DNA of 63,968 bases, filler included, from Craspedostauros australis (lineage: Eukaryota), in the NCBI GenBank assembly GCA_030167865.1. It is 5 parts of 5 records of this genome, joined end to end, with 100 filler letters (N's around TTAATTAATTAA, not from the genome) between each part and the next. Parts side by side here need not be neighbours in the genome. Positions count along the whole stretch, not along the records: positions 21,119 to 47,646 come from JALAGF010000840.1; positions 47,747 to 59,909 come from JALAGF010000844.1; 3 more parts are not named here. One strand, 5' to 3'. The position numbers were made by a program, and so were the translations under genes. This document shows, piece by piece, positions 37,801 to 50,155 of this stretch. Under the pieces are notes generated by a model. It worked only from the letters and a program-made list of their open reading frames with translations. It was not told where the DNA came from and made no database searches. Within the stretch, counting starts at the first letter, position 1. Each line of letters starts with the position of its first letter.

Positions 37801-39254
37801 TTCTGTGGAGCGGTGCTGTTGGTGTGAGCCTGATGAGGCTCTGCCATGACCACAGCCTCGGGATGTTGAGGTTGGATGTAAGTGGTTGGTTGTGGGGCTT
37901 GCGCTTGCACTTGCACTTGCACCTGCATGTGTTGCTGCTGTTGTTGATAGTGTTGCTGCTGCGGTTGCACAGTGGCGTGGGTGTGTTGCTGTTGCTGCAG
38001 TTGGCCTTGTTGTTGATGTGCCTCCTGGTGTACTTGGAGTTGCTGCTGTTGTTGGACGTGCATGTTGGTCTGTTGGACCATATGATGAGGATGCTCCTGT
38101 TGATGCTGCTGACCTGCACCCGCTTCGACAACTTCTTGAGCAGCCTGTGACACGGCGTCGACAATGTCTGCATCCATAAAGACGGCGTCCGCAGGTGCTT
38201 CAGTGGATGGTGCGGGTGCCGGTGCAGATGCGGGTATGGGTACGGCTGGCAATGCTGGCTCTGCCCCCACGTCTGATGCAGACGGAGGCACAGGTGCACC
38301 AGCAGCAGCATCGACCGGCACTTGTTCTCCTTGGCTGTTCGGGGTCTCGGCTGGATGAAGAGCGGTGGCTTGGTTCGCGGTTTCTGTAGTTACATTGGGG
38401 ATCGTTTCTTGAGTTTGAGGTTGAGTTTGGGCTGTGGGCGCCTTTGGTTGTGGAGATGCAGCCACGGGTGCTGGGTCGGTTGCTCCTGAAGCTTCCATGG
38501 CCACATGCCCTCCGCCTGCCGCTTGAGTCTCTTGTTGATGCACAAGATCGCCGCTCTGCTGTGTCAGTTCTGCCAATGACGACACCTGTGGATGCGTTTG
38601 TGGCTGAGTGTCTGGTTGTTCAGATGTCTCTACCCTAGTTGAGCTGGCTGGTGCCGCAGCCGGCGCTGGGCTTGTCACCGGCGTGGTTGGTGCGACTGCT
38701 GCTATGGTCACTGCGACAGCCATCGCTACAGGACCGCCAACGGATGCTTCCATGGTTCCTCCCGGAGCTGCTGCTGGCGTCGGTGTTTGCTGCGCTTCTG
38801 TCGCTGCTTCTACACCCGCTCCTGTAGATACTTCTCGTGTTGGTGTTTGGGGTGAAGCCTCTTGCTGTGGAGCGACTGGTGCGGTTGGATCTGGACGAGT
38901 CGATACTTCTGGAGATGGGCCTGGTGGTGTTCCCGTGGCTGCTGGTGGGAGTTCAGGAGCAGATGATGCTTGAGGTGGCTGGTCAGCAGCAGCAGCAGCA
39001 TCAACAACAGGGGTCTGTGCTTCCACCATCGTCACGTCCTCTTGCTCCTGCACTGGTTGCACTTGATCCGGAACTCCCTTCTCGTCATTGGCATTGGCAT
39101 TGGCGTTGACAGTGGGTGTTGCTGGGGGTGCTGCTGGAGGCGCTCCAAGAGGTGAGGTTGCTGTGGTGGCAACTGTTGCTCCAGCTGCAAGCACCGCCGG
39201 CGATGCAGGCAAGGTCCCGCCCTCATCTCCGCCTTCGTCGGTTGGCGTTGCCAT
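34877..39254 (-). CDS. Helicase-associated (HA) tandem-domain protein with long Ala/Pro/Thr/Gln-rich arms; exons 39254-37059 and 36838-34877
   Basis: Intron 37058-36839 (GTATGT...ACAG) restores KWDAMFKKLLEYK|NKHGNTLVPQ...LGRWVHYQR...LQNMGFEW. A second HA repeat follows (QWNKMY...GHCKVP...LANWVRNQR...LNDIGFKW). No helicase motifs. Confidence 0.88.
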
Positions 39255-40294
39255 GCTCTCAGTTGTGAATGATAGTGTGAACGAGTTTGAATGGGGTTTG
39301 AACGGATTCTTCCTCGATGCCTCTGCTCGATCACTTCTTCGATGGGACGAATACAATACAATTCCTCTGAACGAGTGCGATTGCAAGTTCGAGTGCGATT
39401 GTGAGCAGACAGAATACAACTGCTGGCACCCTTCCAATGCTGAACAATTCAAATCGATCCAGTTTGTGATGGTCGCGGAGAGGGAGGAGAAGATACCTTC
39501 CGATGATCTGCTTCGCCTCTTCTTTTGGTTGTGGACCACTAACTTAGCCCTCCGTCTTTGTTGCTCTCGCGCTCTCGTGTTGTCGATGTTCGACTGTCTC
39601 TGTCCTTTCGTTTCCTTTCTCTTGTGTTTGTGTTTTGTGCGGTTTGGGAAAGTACATGGACAGCGCCCATTTTGCGTTTCTTTGAGGTCCCAACCAGCAC
39701 AAACGCGGCAACAAACAGCACGACCGCAACAAACACAACAACAACAAACCATGGTGCGAGATCGCCGTGTTGTTTTGCGAACGTGTTTGGGCACATTCCT
39801 CCATGTAGAACTTGAACGTAGGAATCAGTACCGTATTCAACGGCCGCTCGTCTGTCATCCGTACGTAGAGCAGAGACGAGAGAATTCTTGTCTTGTTGCG
39901 ACATGTCAACCAAGACTGAAACTCGTGTCCACGATACTCCCGAAACAACTTTTTGTCCAGAAGGCTACATATTCGAGAATAGAGAAAGCTCGCACAAAGG
40001 AGTCCTGTTGGGCCACGCACCAAAGAGAGCAGTGAGCAACGGAGGAGAGCCGAGTAATAGAAGAGAGTGCCGAAGCATCCTGCAAAATGATGATGGTGCA
40101 GAGTGTTGTTTTCTCGCTTGTACGAGTACTCTACTAACATGCTGTACGATTATCCCACAAGTACGGCCACGTGATCACTGGCGTGTTGGACAACAACTTC
40201 TGCAGCGCGAGTGCACTGAACACCGTCCAACATAGACAGATGCTTCTTGTTGCCTGCAAGGCGAAACACATGACCATGAAAGCATCCCCCTGCT

Positions 40295-42030
40295 CTATGT
40301 TGCAGACGAAGTCCCCGGAGCCTGGTGGTGCTGCTGCTGCTGTTGTTGAAGCTGTTGTTGTTGGAACTGCTGTTGCTGAAGTTGCTGCTGAGTCACAGGT
40401 GCAACATTGCCTCCTGCTTGTACTGCAACGGCAGCTGCGACGGCTGCAGCCTGCACGGCGGCTTGTTGCTGCTGTTGCCACGTGACTGCGACTGCTTGCG
40501 CTGGGCCTGGTGTGGCATTGTATGCGGGTGCGGGTGCGGTTTGCATTGGTGCAGCAGGTGCAGGTGGCTGAGGCGGAGGCTGTTGTTGTGGTTGTGGCTG
40601 ATGTTGCTGTGGCTGATGTTGTGGAACGGTATCGACAGCAGCTGCTGCTGTTGCTGTGACCGCGGCCGCCTTGGCCTGCTGTTGTTGCTGTGCGGCGACG
40701 GCTGCGGCAGTGTTGGGGTCCATGGGCGGGGGTTGGGCCGGAGCACCGCTGAGAAGGGCTTGGATGGGGACGACGTTTTGGTACTGTGAGGTACGAGCAT
40801 GGTGTATGTGTTTTGGGAGAATAATGAAGGAGGGTTGGACAAGTTCGAGTGCAAGCGTGAAGTATGATGGGTGTTGGATCATTTTGTGAGGGACGATTCC
40901 GTGGATTGAATGTTGGATCGGACGGGACGATCATCGTCATGTGATTGGCGTGGATAGACCTGAACAGGATAGACATGAATAGGATGGGACAATATGGGGC
41001 TCACCTTGGTCGCGATCTCCATCAAACTGCCGCGCAGGTGCTCGTTCCTGCTGTTGAGGTCCTTGTTCTCCTTGGACAGGGTGATGACGGTGCGTTGCAA
41101 CTCCTCGATCATGCTCTTCTTGCGTCTGCGCGACTCCCTTGCCGAGATTCTGTTCTGTTCCAACCGCTCGCGTCGTTTGCGCGCCTTGACATCGTCATCA
41201 TCATCATCATCGTCGTCGTCGTCATCGCCATTCTCTGCTATGGTTGTGATGGGTAGGGTCGTTGCTGTGGCTCCAAGCGCTGGTGTCTGCGCTTTGGTCG
41301 TCGTCGCCGCAGCTGCCGCCGCAGCAGCAGTGGCTGCATTGATCGCATCCGTCATGGCAGATATTGCACTGGACGCTGTCACAGGCACTGGCGTTGCGGT
41401 TGCTGTTGGTGCTGCTACTGCAAGCGTCGCGGGGGTTGGAGCGACGGCCACAGCCGGAGTCGCAGCCGGGATTGTAGCAGGGGCTACAGTGGTAGCCTGC
41501 ACCGGCAGCGCATTAGCTGCAAGTACTGGTGGGTAAGTCACAGTGGCAGTTGCCGGAGCAACACGCGCAGTCACCACTGTGGGTGCCTTTGCTGTCGTTG
41601 TTGCTGGTGTTGTTGCTGGTGCCGCCGATATCAGCTGGGCAACCGGAGCTACAACCGGAGCTACAACTGGAGCTACAACTGAAGCCACAGCTGGGGCAGC
41701 TGAAGAAGCAATCGCCACAGGTGTTGCCTTCGCCGCAATCGTTGTTTCGACCACCTTGAGCTTGATTGCCGGTGCAGCAACTGCAGGTGTTGGGGCTGAT
41801 ACTGTGGCAGCTGGTATCGCAGGAGCAGGAGACGTCGTTGCTGCTGCCACTTGGGGTGCTTGTGCCGATGATGGCGGAGCTGCAGATGCGGCAGCACTTG
41901 CCTCCACCGTCCCTGTTGGTGTCGATGTCGATGCTGTTGCTGTTGTCGCTGTTGCTGCTACTGGTGCAGGTGTAGTCGTAGCTGCACCAGCAGCAACGGC
42001 CGCTGCCGGTGGAGCCTCTCCAGACGACAT
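40295..42030 (-). CDS. bZIP transcription factor; exons 42030-41005 and 40783-40295
   Basis: Basic region RKRRERLEQNRISARESRRRKK, then zipper IEELQRTVITLSKENKDLNSRNEHLRGSL. Intron 41004-40784 (GTGAGC...ACAG) joins IATK|YQNVVP. Gln-rich tail. Confidence 0.9.
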
Positions 42031-42820
42031 GGCGGCAGTTGCGACTCAAACACTTGCTGTTGCTGCGACACTCAGTCTTCGTGTGTCGTATTTCGAATGT
42101 CAAGCAACAAGGGAATGCCCCAATGATCGGCTCTGTGTGTCTGTCGTTGTTCTCTCTATCTCTCTGGGGGGAGGAGTGCTCCTGTTGTAGTTGTATCTGT
42201 GGCCTCTCTTGGCGCGTGATTTTGCAGATCGATGCGATGTTCACCTCTGTGGTGGATCGTGTCTGCGCGGGCACGAGCGAAGCCACTCGCGACAGTCCTC
42301 AAACTCGTACCAGCGTGTACGTGGTCGCTACCGTAAATGCACAAAGCGCACTTTGACGCGCAACGGTCCAGAGTTCGCCATGGTCGCCGCTACTTTCGTG
42401 GTGTCGCAGGACTCGGTCTGTTGTTTCGCCAAAAAACGAACTCTGATGCGACATACCTGCGACATGTTTGAAGAAGTCTATAAAACATAAAGCTAGGGGT
42501 ACATTCGTCCAAGAGAAATGCGCACACGATCGTGATCTCTCTCTCTCTCTCTATGCACAAGTAGAGCATGTTCCTTGTCCATGCATGGCACTTGGCTGCA
42601 TGATCGCACAATCTGCTAATATAGAGTAAAGTATTCACATGATGTCACAATGCATGGATGATAGAGCACTACTATGATAATCCCCTGGAATGTTGCTACG
42701 TTTATGTTACGCACCGCACCGCGTCCCCGATGCGATGTAATATTGTTTCTCCGCTAGCCATTGTTTTCTGCCCGTCACGACTGCGACTGCCACTGCCACT
42801 CCGCTATCATTCGTAAACGC

Positions 42821-44206
42821 TCAGCTATCTTGCGCGCACGGAACGAAGACGGACGCGTCCGCCAGGAATCCGGTGGGATCCTGAAAGAAGTCGCCGTTGT
42901 TGGGCACGAAGGCGTTGTTCACGACGCTCACGGGAATCAGCTCGATCTCGCCGTACGCACCCAGCAACCCCCGCGAGCCACCCGTGATGGGAAGGATCGT
43001 CCCGCCCTGTCCATCGTAGACGTCCCCCGACGCGCTGAATTGCAACGTCGTCCCGTCCTCCTCCACGAACGTGTACGAGAACGTGCAGATTCCACCGCCC
43101 GGCACGAACTGTCCGTTGCCCAGGTCGAAGCGATTCTGATGACGCGAGCACACGCCCGTGCCGCCGGACATGGGAATCTCATCGAGCGTCGTCTGGCTGA
43201 ACAGCGCGTCGTTGAAGATGAACTGCGTCCCGATGATGTCCTGATTGGCCTCGATCAACGCTGCCAGCTGGAAGAACTCGAACTTGCGTTCTTCCACGCA
43301 ACCCGGAGTGGGCCCCGTGATGGGTGCCTGCGTCGGTGATGGGATGGGCGCCCTGGTGGGGGGTCGTGTGGGTGGTGGCACCGGTGCGTGCGTGGGTTTC
43401 GCGGCCTGGCTGCGCGAGCTGCTTTTGGCGCTCTTGCTGGTCTTCGATTTCGGGAGCGGTGCGCCTTTGCCTCTCTCGTTGCCGCCACCGCTGCTACTGC
43501 TGGAATCGTCGCTGGAGGAGCTCTTGCTGGATTTGTTGCGTTTCGTCTCATTGAACTCCGCTGTGCTCTCGTCGTCGCTTGCAGCGCCAGCACCCTCATC
43601 ATCGTTTGTGCCATTGTCAGAGACTCCGATGCTGTAGTAATAGTCGCTGCTGCCCTTCGTCCCTCGATTTGTGCCGGCATAGCGCCCCTGCGCGTCGTCC
43701 GCATTCAGCTCTCGCAAATCACCCTCAACTTCATTCGCGTGCCTCGTCATCCCGCGTTGCAGGGCTCTCCTGTTACCATTGTGAGTGGCCCTTCGATTCC
43801 CGTGCGTCCCATCACGATTGTTCCTTGATTGTGGTCGTGTGAACGCCGCAGTTCCGCGTTTCTTCGCCTGCAACTGGCGGATGTCGTTCGCTGTGGTGAC
43901 TGGTCGTCGATCTTTCATATCAGTGGATTGATCGTCTGCTTCGTGAGTTCTCACGCCTCCGTCACGAAGGACAGCAGCCGAACAGCCATCCAACGAGGAA
44001 GCCGCGATCGAGAGCAGCATGCCCATTGCAAGCAACGGGCGTTTGCGGCAACGGCGCAAAGTTGATTCCCGCATCTTCCCTTCGACTGTTTGCCTGCGTG
44101 GTTGATGATCTACAAGGTCGATCATGCAGCCATCCGCGCGAGTGCTCGTATTGGTGCTCTTGCCGTTGTTTCGCGTCATGGTCGTTTCCATTGCGATTGT
44201 CTTCAT
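42821..44206 (-). CDS. Secreted or membrane-anchored protein with C-terminal dirigent/allene-oxide-cyclase-like beta barrel
   Basis: Hydrophobic segment LLAMGMLLSIAA, then a Ser/Lys-rich and PTxAP linker. The barrel-like pattern is GTQFIFNDAL...GVC...CTFSYTF...SASG...LPITGGSRGLLGAYGEI. Confidence 0.7.
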   Translation of the reverse strand: MKTIAMETTMTRNNGKSTNTSTRADGCMIDLVDHQPRRQTVEGKMRESTLRRCRKRPLLAMGMLLSIAASSLDGCSAAVLRDGGVRTHEADDQSTDMKDRRPVTTANDIRQLQAKKRGTAAFTRPQSRNNRDGTHGNRRATHNGNRRALQRGMTRHANEVEGDLRELNADDAQGRYAGTNRGTKGSSDYYYSIGVSDNGTNDDEGAGAASDDESTAEFNETKRNKSSKSSSSDDSSSSSGGGNERGKGAPLPKSKTSKSAKSSSRSQAAKPTHAPVPPPTRPPTRAPIPSPTQAPITGPTPGCVEERKFEFFQLAALIEANQDIIGTQFIFNDALFSQTTLDEIPMSGGTGVCSRHQNRFDLGNGQFVPGGGICTFSYTFVEEDGTTLQFSASGDVYDGQGGTILPITGGSRGLLGAYGEIELIPVSVVNNAFVPNNGDFFQDPTGFLADASVFVPCAQDS

Positions 44207-45053
44207 GGAATGGTTTCTGTTTTTGCGCTTTGCTTTGCTTTGCCGTTGTGCAACACACGATCACAACAATGACAATGATAGTGGCAATGACAACACTGCC
44301 ACCTTTCGTAATTACTGTGGCTGTGGCTGTTGCTGTTGAATCCTCGCGATTCTCACCATTCTCACTGTCATCATTGGTGTTGCTGTTGCCATCATCCCCA
44401 GGCAAGACACAATCAGGTTTCGTCGGCCGATTGTTGCTTGGATGAGTCTGGTTTGTTGGACAAAAAAGTGGGGGTGAGGTTTTTCACGTTTGGCTCGCGA
44501 TCATGATGCGACATCAGATACGACACGGCGTGCACTGACGACGCTGCCTTTTGGTGTCACAAAATCGCCACATTCATCTCCTCCTTCCAATCAGCAGTGC
44601 GTGCTGCGTTGCGGTAACGACTGATTGTCGCACAGCAGAATATGAGAGCAGAGTAGAGTCATGGTGGTGGTCTTACATAGAGCCCCCGCAATGACTGTTC
44701 ATCAGCCACGATACGAGTTGACTGCTCTGTTGTTTTTTATTGTTCAGACCACAACACACACAGTGGATGTTGTTGGTGAGGCGCAACGGGCAAATGGCTT
44801 TCCAAGCACACCGCAGCAATCATGTTGGCGCGGCGTGCAGACAGCAACGTTTTCTATACTTGCAGGCCTGCCTACTGAAAGGAGGAAATCTACGTGGCTG
44901 TTGCTCTTTCAGCGTATCTCTACGATTATTTCTATCTGTGTACCTGTGCGTGTTCTGCTCTTAGAGTACGTTGATGCACTTTGTTCTTTTGACACCGTCC
45001 CCCCGCATGTCTGCCTTCGCTGCTATCGCATCCACGGCATTTTCCAAACTCGC

Positions 45054-45575
45054 TTACAGAAGCGGAGCGAAGGACAAACCGCATGGAACTTGGGTCGATG
45101 ATCCATCCTCTACCTGCTGCGCCACCCATCGCTTGTCCACCTTTGCCCATCGGCGAGGTGATGTGGAGGACATGGGCGAGGTCTTGCTCCTTGCACTCTC
45201 GCGTTGCGGCGTGAGCGGCAGCAAGTCGCCTGGCCTGCCGTATCCGACCATGGCGTTGGAACGTGCAGGGGGCGACATGCCCCCACAGGTGCCTTGGCTC
45301 GAGCGCTCTGTTGTAGATCTCGGCGATGTCATGGCTGAATCGGATGGGATCGATGCCGTGGTACCATAGGAATGATGAGAGCCGCAATTCATCGAGTCGG
45401 TGTCAGCGCACTCGTTGAAGCGGACTTTGTAGGACTTCGCTTGGCGACGGGGCGAGTGACCGGCATCCATTGGCGTGAGAAAGCTCTGTGGACGTTCGTA
45501 TCCCGGGCATGCGGATTGCTGGAATGATGCGGCGCTGGAGTTATTCATGTTGTTGCTGTTGTTGTATTGAGACAT
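45054..45575 (-). CDS. Small Ser/Pro-rich hypothetical protein
   Basis: ATG follows a CAA-rich leader. Short motifs KVRF, LTPQR and KRW are typical of diatom disordered proteins. Confidence 0.5.
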   Translation of the reverse strand: MSQYNNSNNMNNSSAASFQQSACPGYERPQSFLTPMDAGHSPRRQAKSYKVRFNECADTDSMNCGSHHSYGTTASIPSDSAMTSPRSTTERSSQGTCGGMSPPARSNAMVGYGRPGDLLPLTPQRESARSKTSPMSSTSPRRWAKVDKRWVAQQVEDGSSTQVPCGLSFAPLL

Positions 45576-47646
45576 GTTGTTTGTTGTGTTTGTTTGATGT
45601 GACTGACTTTGCTTTTGTTTTTGAGTGGTGTATTCGTTTGTTGTTGCTGTTGTGTTGTTGTGTTGTTGTGATGATCGTTTTGTTGCTTTCGATTTTGTGA
45701 GCTCATCAACCATCCAACTCACGAAACCATCAAGTTACCTCTGTGCACCAAACCTCACCACTGGATGAATGCGACACAATCATGAACATCGTGTGGACAT
45801 GTGTTAACTGGTGGCTGGGTCTCATCCACAATCGGTACCGGCGAACTGTCGCTGCCGCTTGTGCATGCAATCACACATGTTGCCGTGCTTTCTCTCTGCA
45901 CACGAAAAAGCACGTTGGCTTGTGTGTGTGTTTGACTTGGTGAAATCTTGCTCACATTTTGACACGAATCACAAAGCAGTCGAACTGGTCGTTGACATGC
46001 AATCGCGACTGTTTTCGTCATCCGTGAACGATGTCTTCGTGTAGTTTTTGTCGGTCCCGCGAATGTCTCCGAATGAAATGTCGCACATAAATGTTACGGC
46101 AAATAATCAATTAAATGTATTTTACGAAGTGATACAACTTGAAGTGGCCCAAGAGATGGCTGACGTGGCAGAGAATGGTCATGACTGCCACAACTCAAGT
46201 TCGTCAGTGACATCGTGTCACTTCGATTTGTTCTTTCGGTTACTGGGTGTGCAGGTCTGCTCTATTTCGTCTTGTGTTTGCGCGTCTTCGGCGCGTGCGT
46301 GTGTGAGAGAGGAGAACAACAACGAGCACAAAAGGGATTGGAGTGTGTCGCTCGACAGAATGTGAAAGGTGATGCCGCCACGTGAGCCAATTTCTTTCGT
46401 GTTGTTTAGCCGTGAAGGGTCATGTTCTGGCATACATGCTGGTGCTCCAGTCGCTCCTCTGGTTCGTTCAATGTTGGGAACATGGTTGTCGTTCCTGTTT
46501 CTGGAGGCAGTAGGGTTGATGCATGCCTGACGCCGTTCCTGCTCCCTGTTGCGCCATGATGAAGTATAGAGTGAGTAGTACGGAGCCATGATGATACCAA
46601 AGGGAGGTAGCGCTGGACGAGATTTTATGTTCTGGTCCAGCTTCACAGGATGTCTGGCGTTTGGCGAAACCCCTGAACTCCAAGAAAGCCTGCCCAGAGT
46701 GGAAACGGGAGGTACCGAACTCATCCTGGCTCTATCATCGTCCAGGACGGCATTCTGTGCATCGGTTTCAGGATGTACTGCTGACTCGATTCCCTTGAAT
46801 TCGATCTATCCTTGGAGCCACCGCGTCGAATCTTTTGAGAGAAGGAGACAATTCTCTGCGAGATAGATCGTATAATAGGTCGTAAAGCACCAAACATCAA
46901 CGCTATCGCAAGGAGCCGACATTGCCGTGCTGATATCTTCGCTCCAGTGCACTGCTTCGCTGCGCTGTGCCTTGTTTGTGGTTGCGGTTTTGGATGTGTG
47001 TGCGCAGTGTCTGTTGATGTTGACGTTGACAGGCGAAAGAGAGACCCAGAAATGTGCTCTGTCGTCGCCTCATGCCTTGACACAAAATGTTCGGTCGTAT
47101 CCGCGTTTCCTATTTGTCAATGATAGCGACCATGGACAAGAACAGCGTTCCTCTTCAGCATTCGTCCACTTTTTGGCGCACTTTTTGGTTCTGTTGCCTC
47201 CGTGGTTCCATCGCCGCATTCGACAGACACGCGCCTCGTGTGCACTCCATCGGATCCAACAGCAGTCGCAGGGAGTTGTCGGAAAAGGAGAAAATCCAAC
47301 TTTATCTGTCGGAATCGGCAAGACTAAAACGCAACAAAGAAGCTGAACAGTTTCTTGCACCCATCGTGCTGTTTTGCTACTACTGAATTATCGCTAATGA
47401 GGTACTTGATCAGCCCTCTCCTTGTTTGTTTCTGTTTCTGTTGTTTTCTCGTTGGTGGCACCATCTCTTCCAGGGAGAATGCAAAGCTCTCTGCGTTGTG
47501 GTTTGGGATGGTTGCTCCTCTCTTTGTGTTGTTGTTGTCGTGCTTCCTGTGTTGTTGTTGTTGTGCTTCCTGTGTTGCTGTTGTCGTGCTTTCTGTGATG
47601 TTGTTGCTGTTGTCGTGCTCTCTTGTGTTGACGCACCCAGGCTGGT

Positions 47647-47746
47647 NNNNNNNNNNNNNNNNNNNNNNNNNNNNNNNNNNNNNNNNNNNNTTAATTAATT
47701 AANNNNNNNNNNNNNNNNNNNNNNNNNNNNNNNNNNNNNNNNNNNN
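47647..47746. other. Artificial contig linker
   Basis: N44-TTAATTAATTAA-N44. Confidence 0.98.
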
Positions 47747-47979
47747 CCATACCGACACCCTGCTGTTGGCGGTCCCAACCAACCAAGAGAGACTCGTTCA
47801 TCTCATAGTCGTAACACTGGCATGGAATAAACGTGCACGACCAACGCGCCCAAGCACCTTCACATCATCATTCCAATTGTCGCAAACGAGCCGTCGCACA
47901 TGCCATGAGAGCACACTGAGGACCCAACTGCCCCAATCGTATTCATACCACGCACATTCACATTCCATCATCACGCACG

Positions 47980-49644
47980 ATGAACTGCTCGCAATACCCA
48001 ATCGTATCGTCCACGTCGCATGCAACCAACCGCGGCAATGATGCTCCTTTTCACGTTCGCGCGCAGAAAAACCGAAGGGACTGCAGCATCCTGTCGGACA
48101 ATGGTGTTGAGGCAATCGCTTCCATTGCTGAATCGCACGCTCAAAGCGGTCGTCATGGCCACGCCCATCCCGAGATCAAGATCGAAGACGACAATGAAAG
48201 CCACAGCGAGTGTAGCATTTCGAGTCAAAGCGATGGCAGTGCTGCCGATGACAGTGCTGCCGACGACAGACCTACGAATACCGCCCCCTCCTCTTGGCTT
48301 ACACACAGCCCATGGCAACAACAACAGCAACAGCAGCAACTGCAGGCCCAGGTTGCTATCGGGCAAACATCAATAGCGATGAATACCGGCCAGCTACAGC
48401 AGCACAGTCATCAAAGAGGTCCTGACCAGAACGCCCAGAACGCTCACGACGCTCAGGGCTCAAGTAATCGCCACCTTCACGGACATCAAACAGCCCACCT
48501 CCAGCAAGGGCATCCAAGCTATCATCCTCAGCACTTTCAAATCACTGGCTTACTCGTTCCGTTGCCACACAACGCGACAGGTCTCCTTGCGCCCATCATC
48601 ACCCCAGCAGGCATGTTGATACCAGTGGCAGCACCTCAACACTTTGTGCCAGTTGGTACATCTCCACCCCAGTTCATTCCCGGCGTTGCCAACGACATCA
48701 ACTCCGCTCTCCAGTTGAGCTCGCTTGCTCATCTGGACGATAGGACCAACCCTCCAGAAATATTCAACGTGGATCAAGGCCTTGCGATCCGAAACGAGAG
48801 CTGTGCTGCGCCGTCCAACGAGCTTCCGATCGGCAATGCGGACCTATCTTGTGATGCACCAAATCACTCTCCCCCTTTCAGCAGCGTCCATAGCAGCAGC
48901 GGCCGCACCACCACCAGCGACCCACCAAGCGAGGACGGTCCTTCAAGCCGCGACGGCGGTGAGAGCAACGATGAAGGCTGTACTCCTGCAATCAACCTCA
49001 TCGATGGCATGGAGGCCAAGGAAGCTCTGATCGTCAAGCCTCCTGTTGCGACCATTGCCACCAGTGCCAGCAAACGTGGAAGAGGCAACTACATGCCGCA
49101 AGCTGCCAGCAAAAAGGCCAAGATCGCAAACGGAGGAGTGTCGCCGAAGCACGTGTCTCAGGCCGAAAAATGGATGGTCCGATTCAACGATCTCGTTGAA
49201 TTCAAGAGGGTGCACGGGCACTGCATAGTTCCACTTGGCAACACCGACAACCTGCCCCTGGTTCATTGGGTCAAGCGACAGCGACGCATGTACAAGTTGA
49301 AGATGGCAGGCAGATACCATTCATTGACCGACGAGAGATATCGCCTACTGGATGATCTAGGATTTGTGTGGGACGTTCGCGCGGAATCGTGGGAGACCCA
49401 ATTGCATGAGCTGCGAGTCTTCATCGCAAAGCATGGGCATGCGAAAGTGCCGTTGCGGTATTCCGATAACCCGTCCCTGGGCGTGTGGGTCAAGTGCCAG
49501 CGGCGGCAATATCGCTTGCTTCGTGCAGGGTCCAAGTCCAACCTGTGCAAGAAGCGGGTTGAGATGTTGTCTTCGATTGGTTTTCTGTGGGATGCGCAGG
49601 AGCAGCCAGATGTGGGTGACAACCACGAACAGAGTGATGCATAA
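47980..49644 (+). CDS. Helicase-associated (HA) tandem-domain protein
   Basis: Two C-terminal HA repeats: KWMVRFNDLVEFKRVHGHCIVP...WVKRQR...LGFVW and SWETQLHEL...HGHAKVP...LGVWVKCQRRQY...IGFLW. The N-terminus is disordered. Confidence 0.9.
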   Translation: MNCSQYPIVSSTSHATNRGNDAPFHVRAQKNRRDCSILSDNGVEAIASIAESHAQSGRHGHAHPEIKIEDDNESHSECSISSQSDGSAADDSAADDRPTNTAPSSWLTHSPWQQQQQQQQLQAQVAIGQTSIAMNTGQLQQHSHQRGPDQNAQNAHDAQGSSNRHLHGHQTAHLQQGHPSYHPQHFQITGLLVPLPHNATGLLAPIITPAGMLIPVAAPQHFVPVGTSPPQFIPGVANDINSALQLSSLAHLDDRTNPPEIFNVDQGLAIRNESCAAPSNELPIGNADLSCDAPNHSPPFSSVHSSSGRTTTSDPPSEDGPSSRDGGESNDEGCTPAINLIDGMEAKEALIVKPPVATIATSASKRGRGNYMPQAASKKAKIANGGVSPKHVSQAEKWMVRFNDLVEFKRVHGHCIVPLGNTDNLPLVHWVKRQRRMYKLKMAGRYHSLTDERYRLLDDLGFVWDVRAESWETQLHELRVFIAKHGHAKVPLRYSDNPSLGVWVKCQRRQYRLLRAGSKSNLCKKRVEMLSSIGFLWDAQEQPDVGDNHEQSDA

Positions 49645-50155
49645 GGACGCAGACGTATGGCGAGTACGCATGAGTATGCAGAACCACGAGGAGGACTGTA
49701 AGAGAGCATATTCGCTCCAGTAGACCTACATGAAGCCTGTTTTTGGTGAATGCTCCATAGGGTGGATGTCGCATGCAATGTAAATATATGCAGAGTTGCA
49801 GAGTATCCCTTTACGACCGGAGCTTAACGCCCATGTTATGGGCGATAATCATAATACAATAAATACAATACTTGATGCAATTGCTTTCAAGCTCTCAGTT
49901 CACGACCACATATCGTCCTGCTGAAACGATGGATGTTGCCTCCGAGTAACATGAGCAACACAAGCGCGCATCATACTGTAGAACAATTCCTTCTCTTTAC
50001 TCGGACGAGCAGAACCGCTCTCGTGCCGCTCAGCTCCATCCCGTTTGCGAGGAGCACAATCTGTTGTTGTTCCATGGGCGCTTTGATGTGTCTAGCGCAG
50101 CATCGAACACATATGGGGTGGCAGCCTTCACTCGAACACAGAGTATGGTACATAG

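Noticed and set aside
49828..49844. Hairpin CGCCCAT-GTT-ATGGGCG resembling a copia PBS or terminator
   Set aside because: Only a 7-bp stem, with no LTR context; expected by chance.
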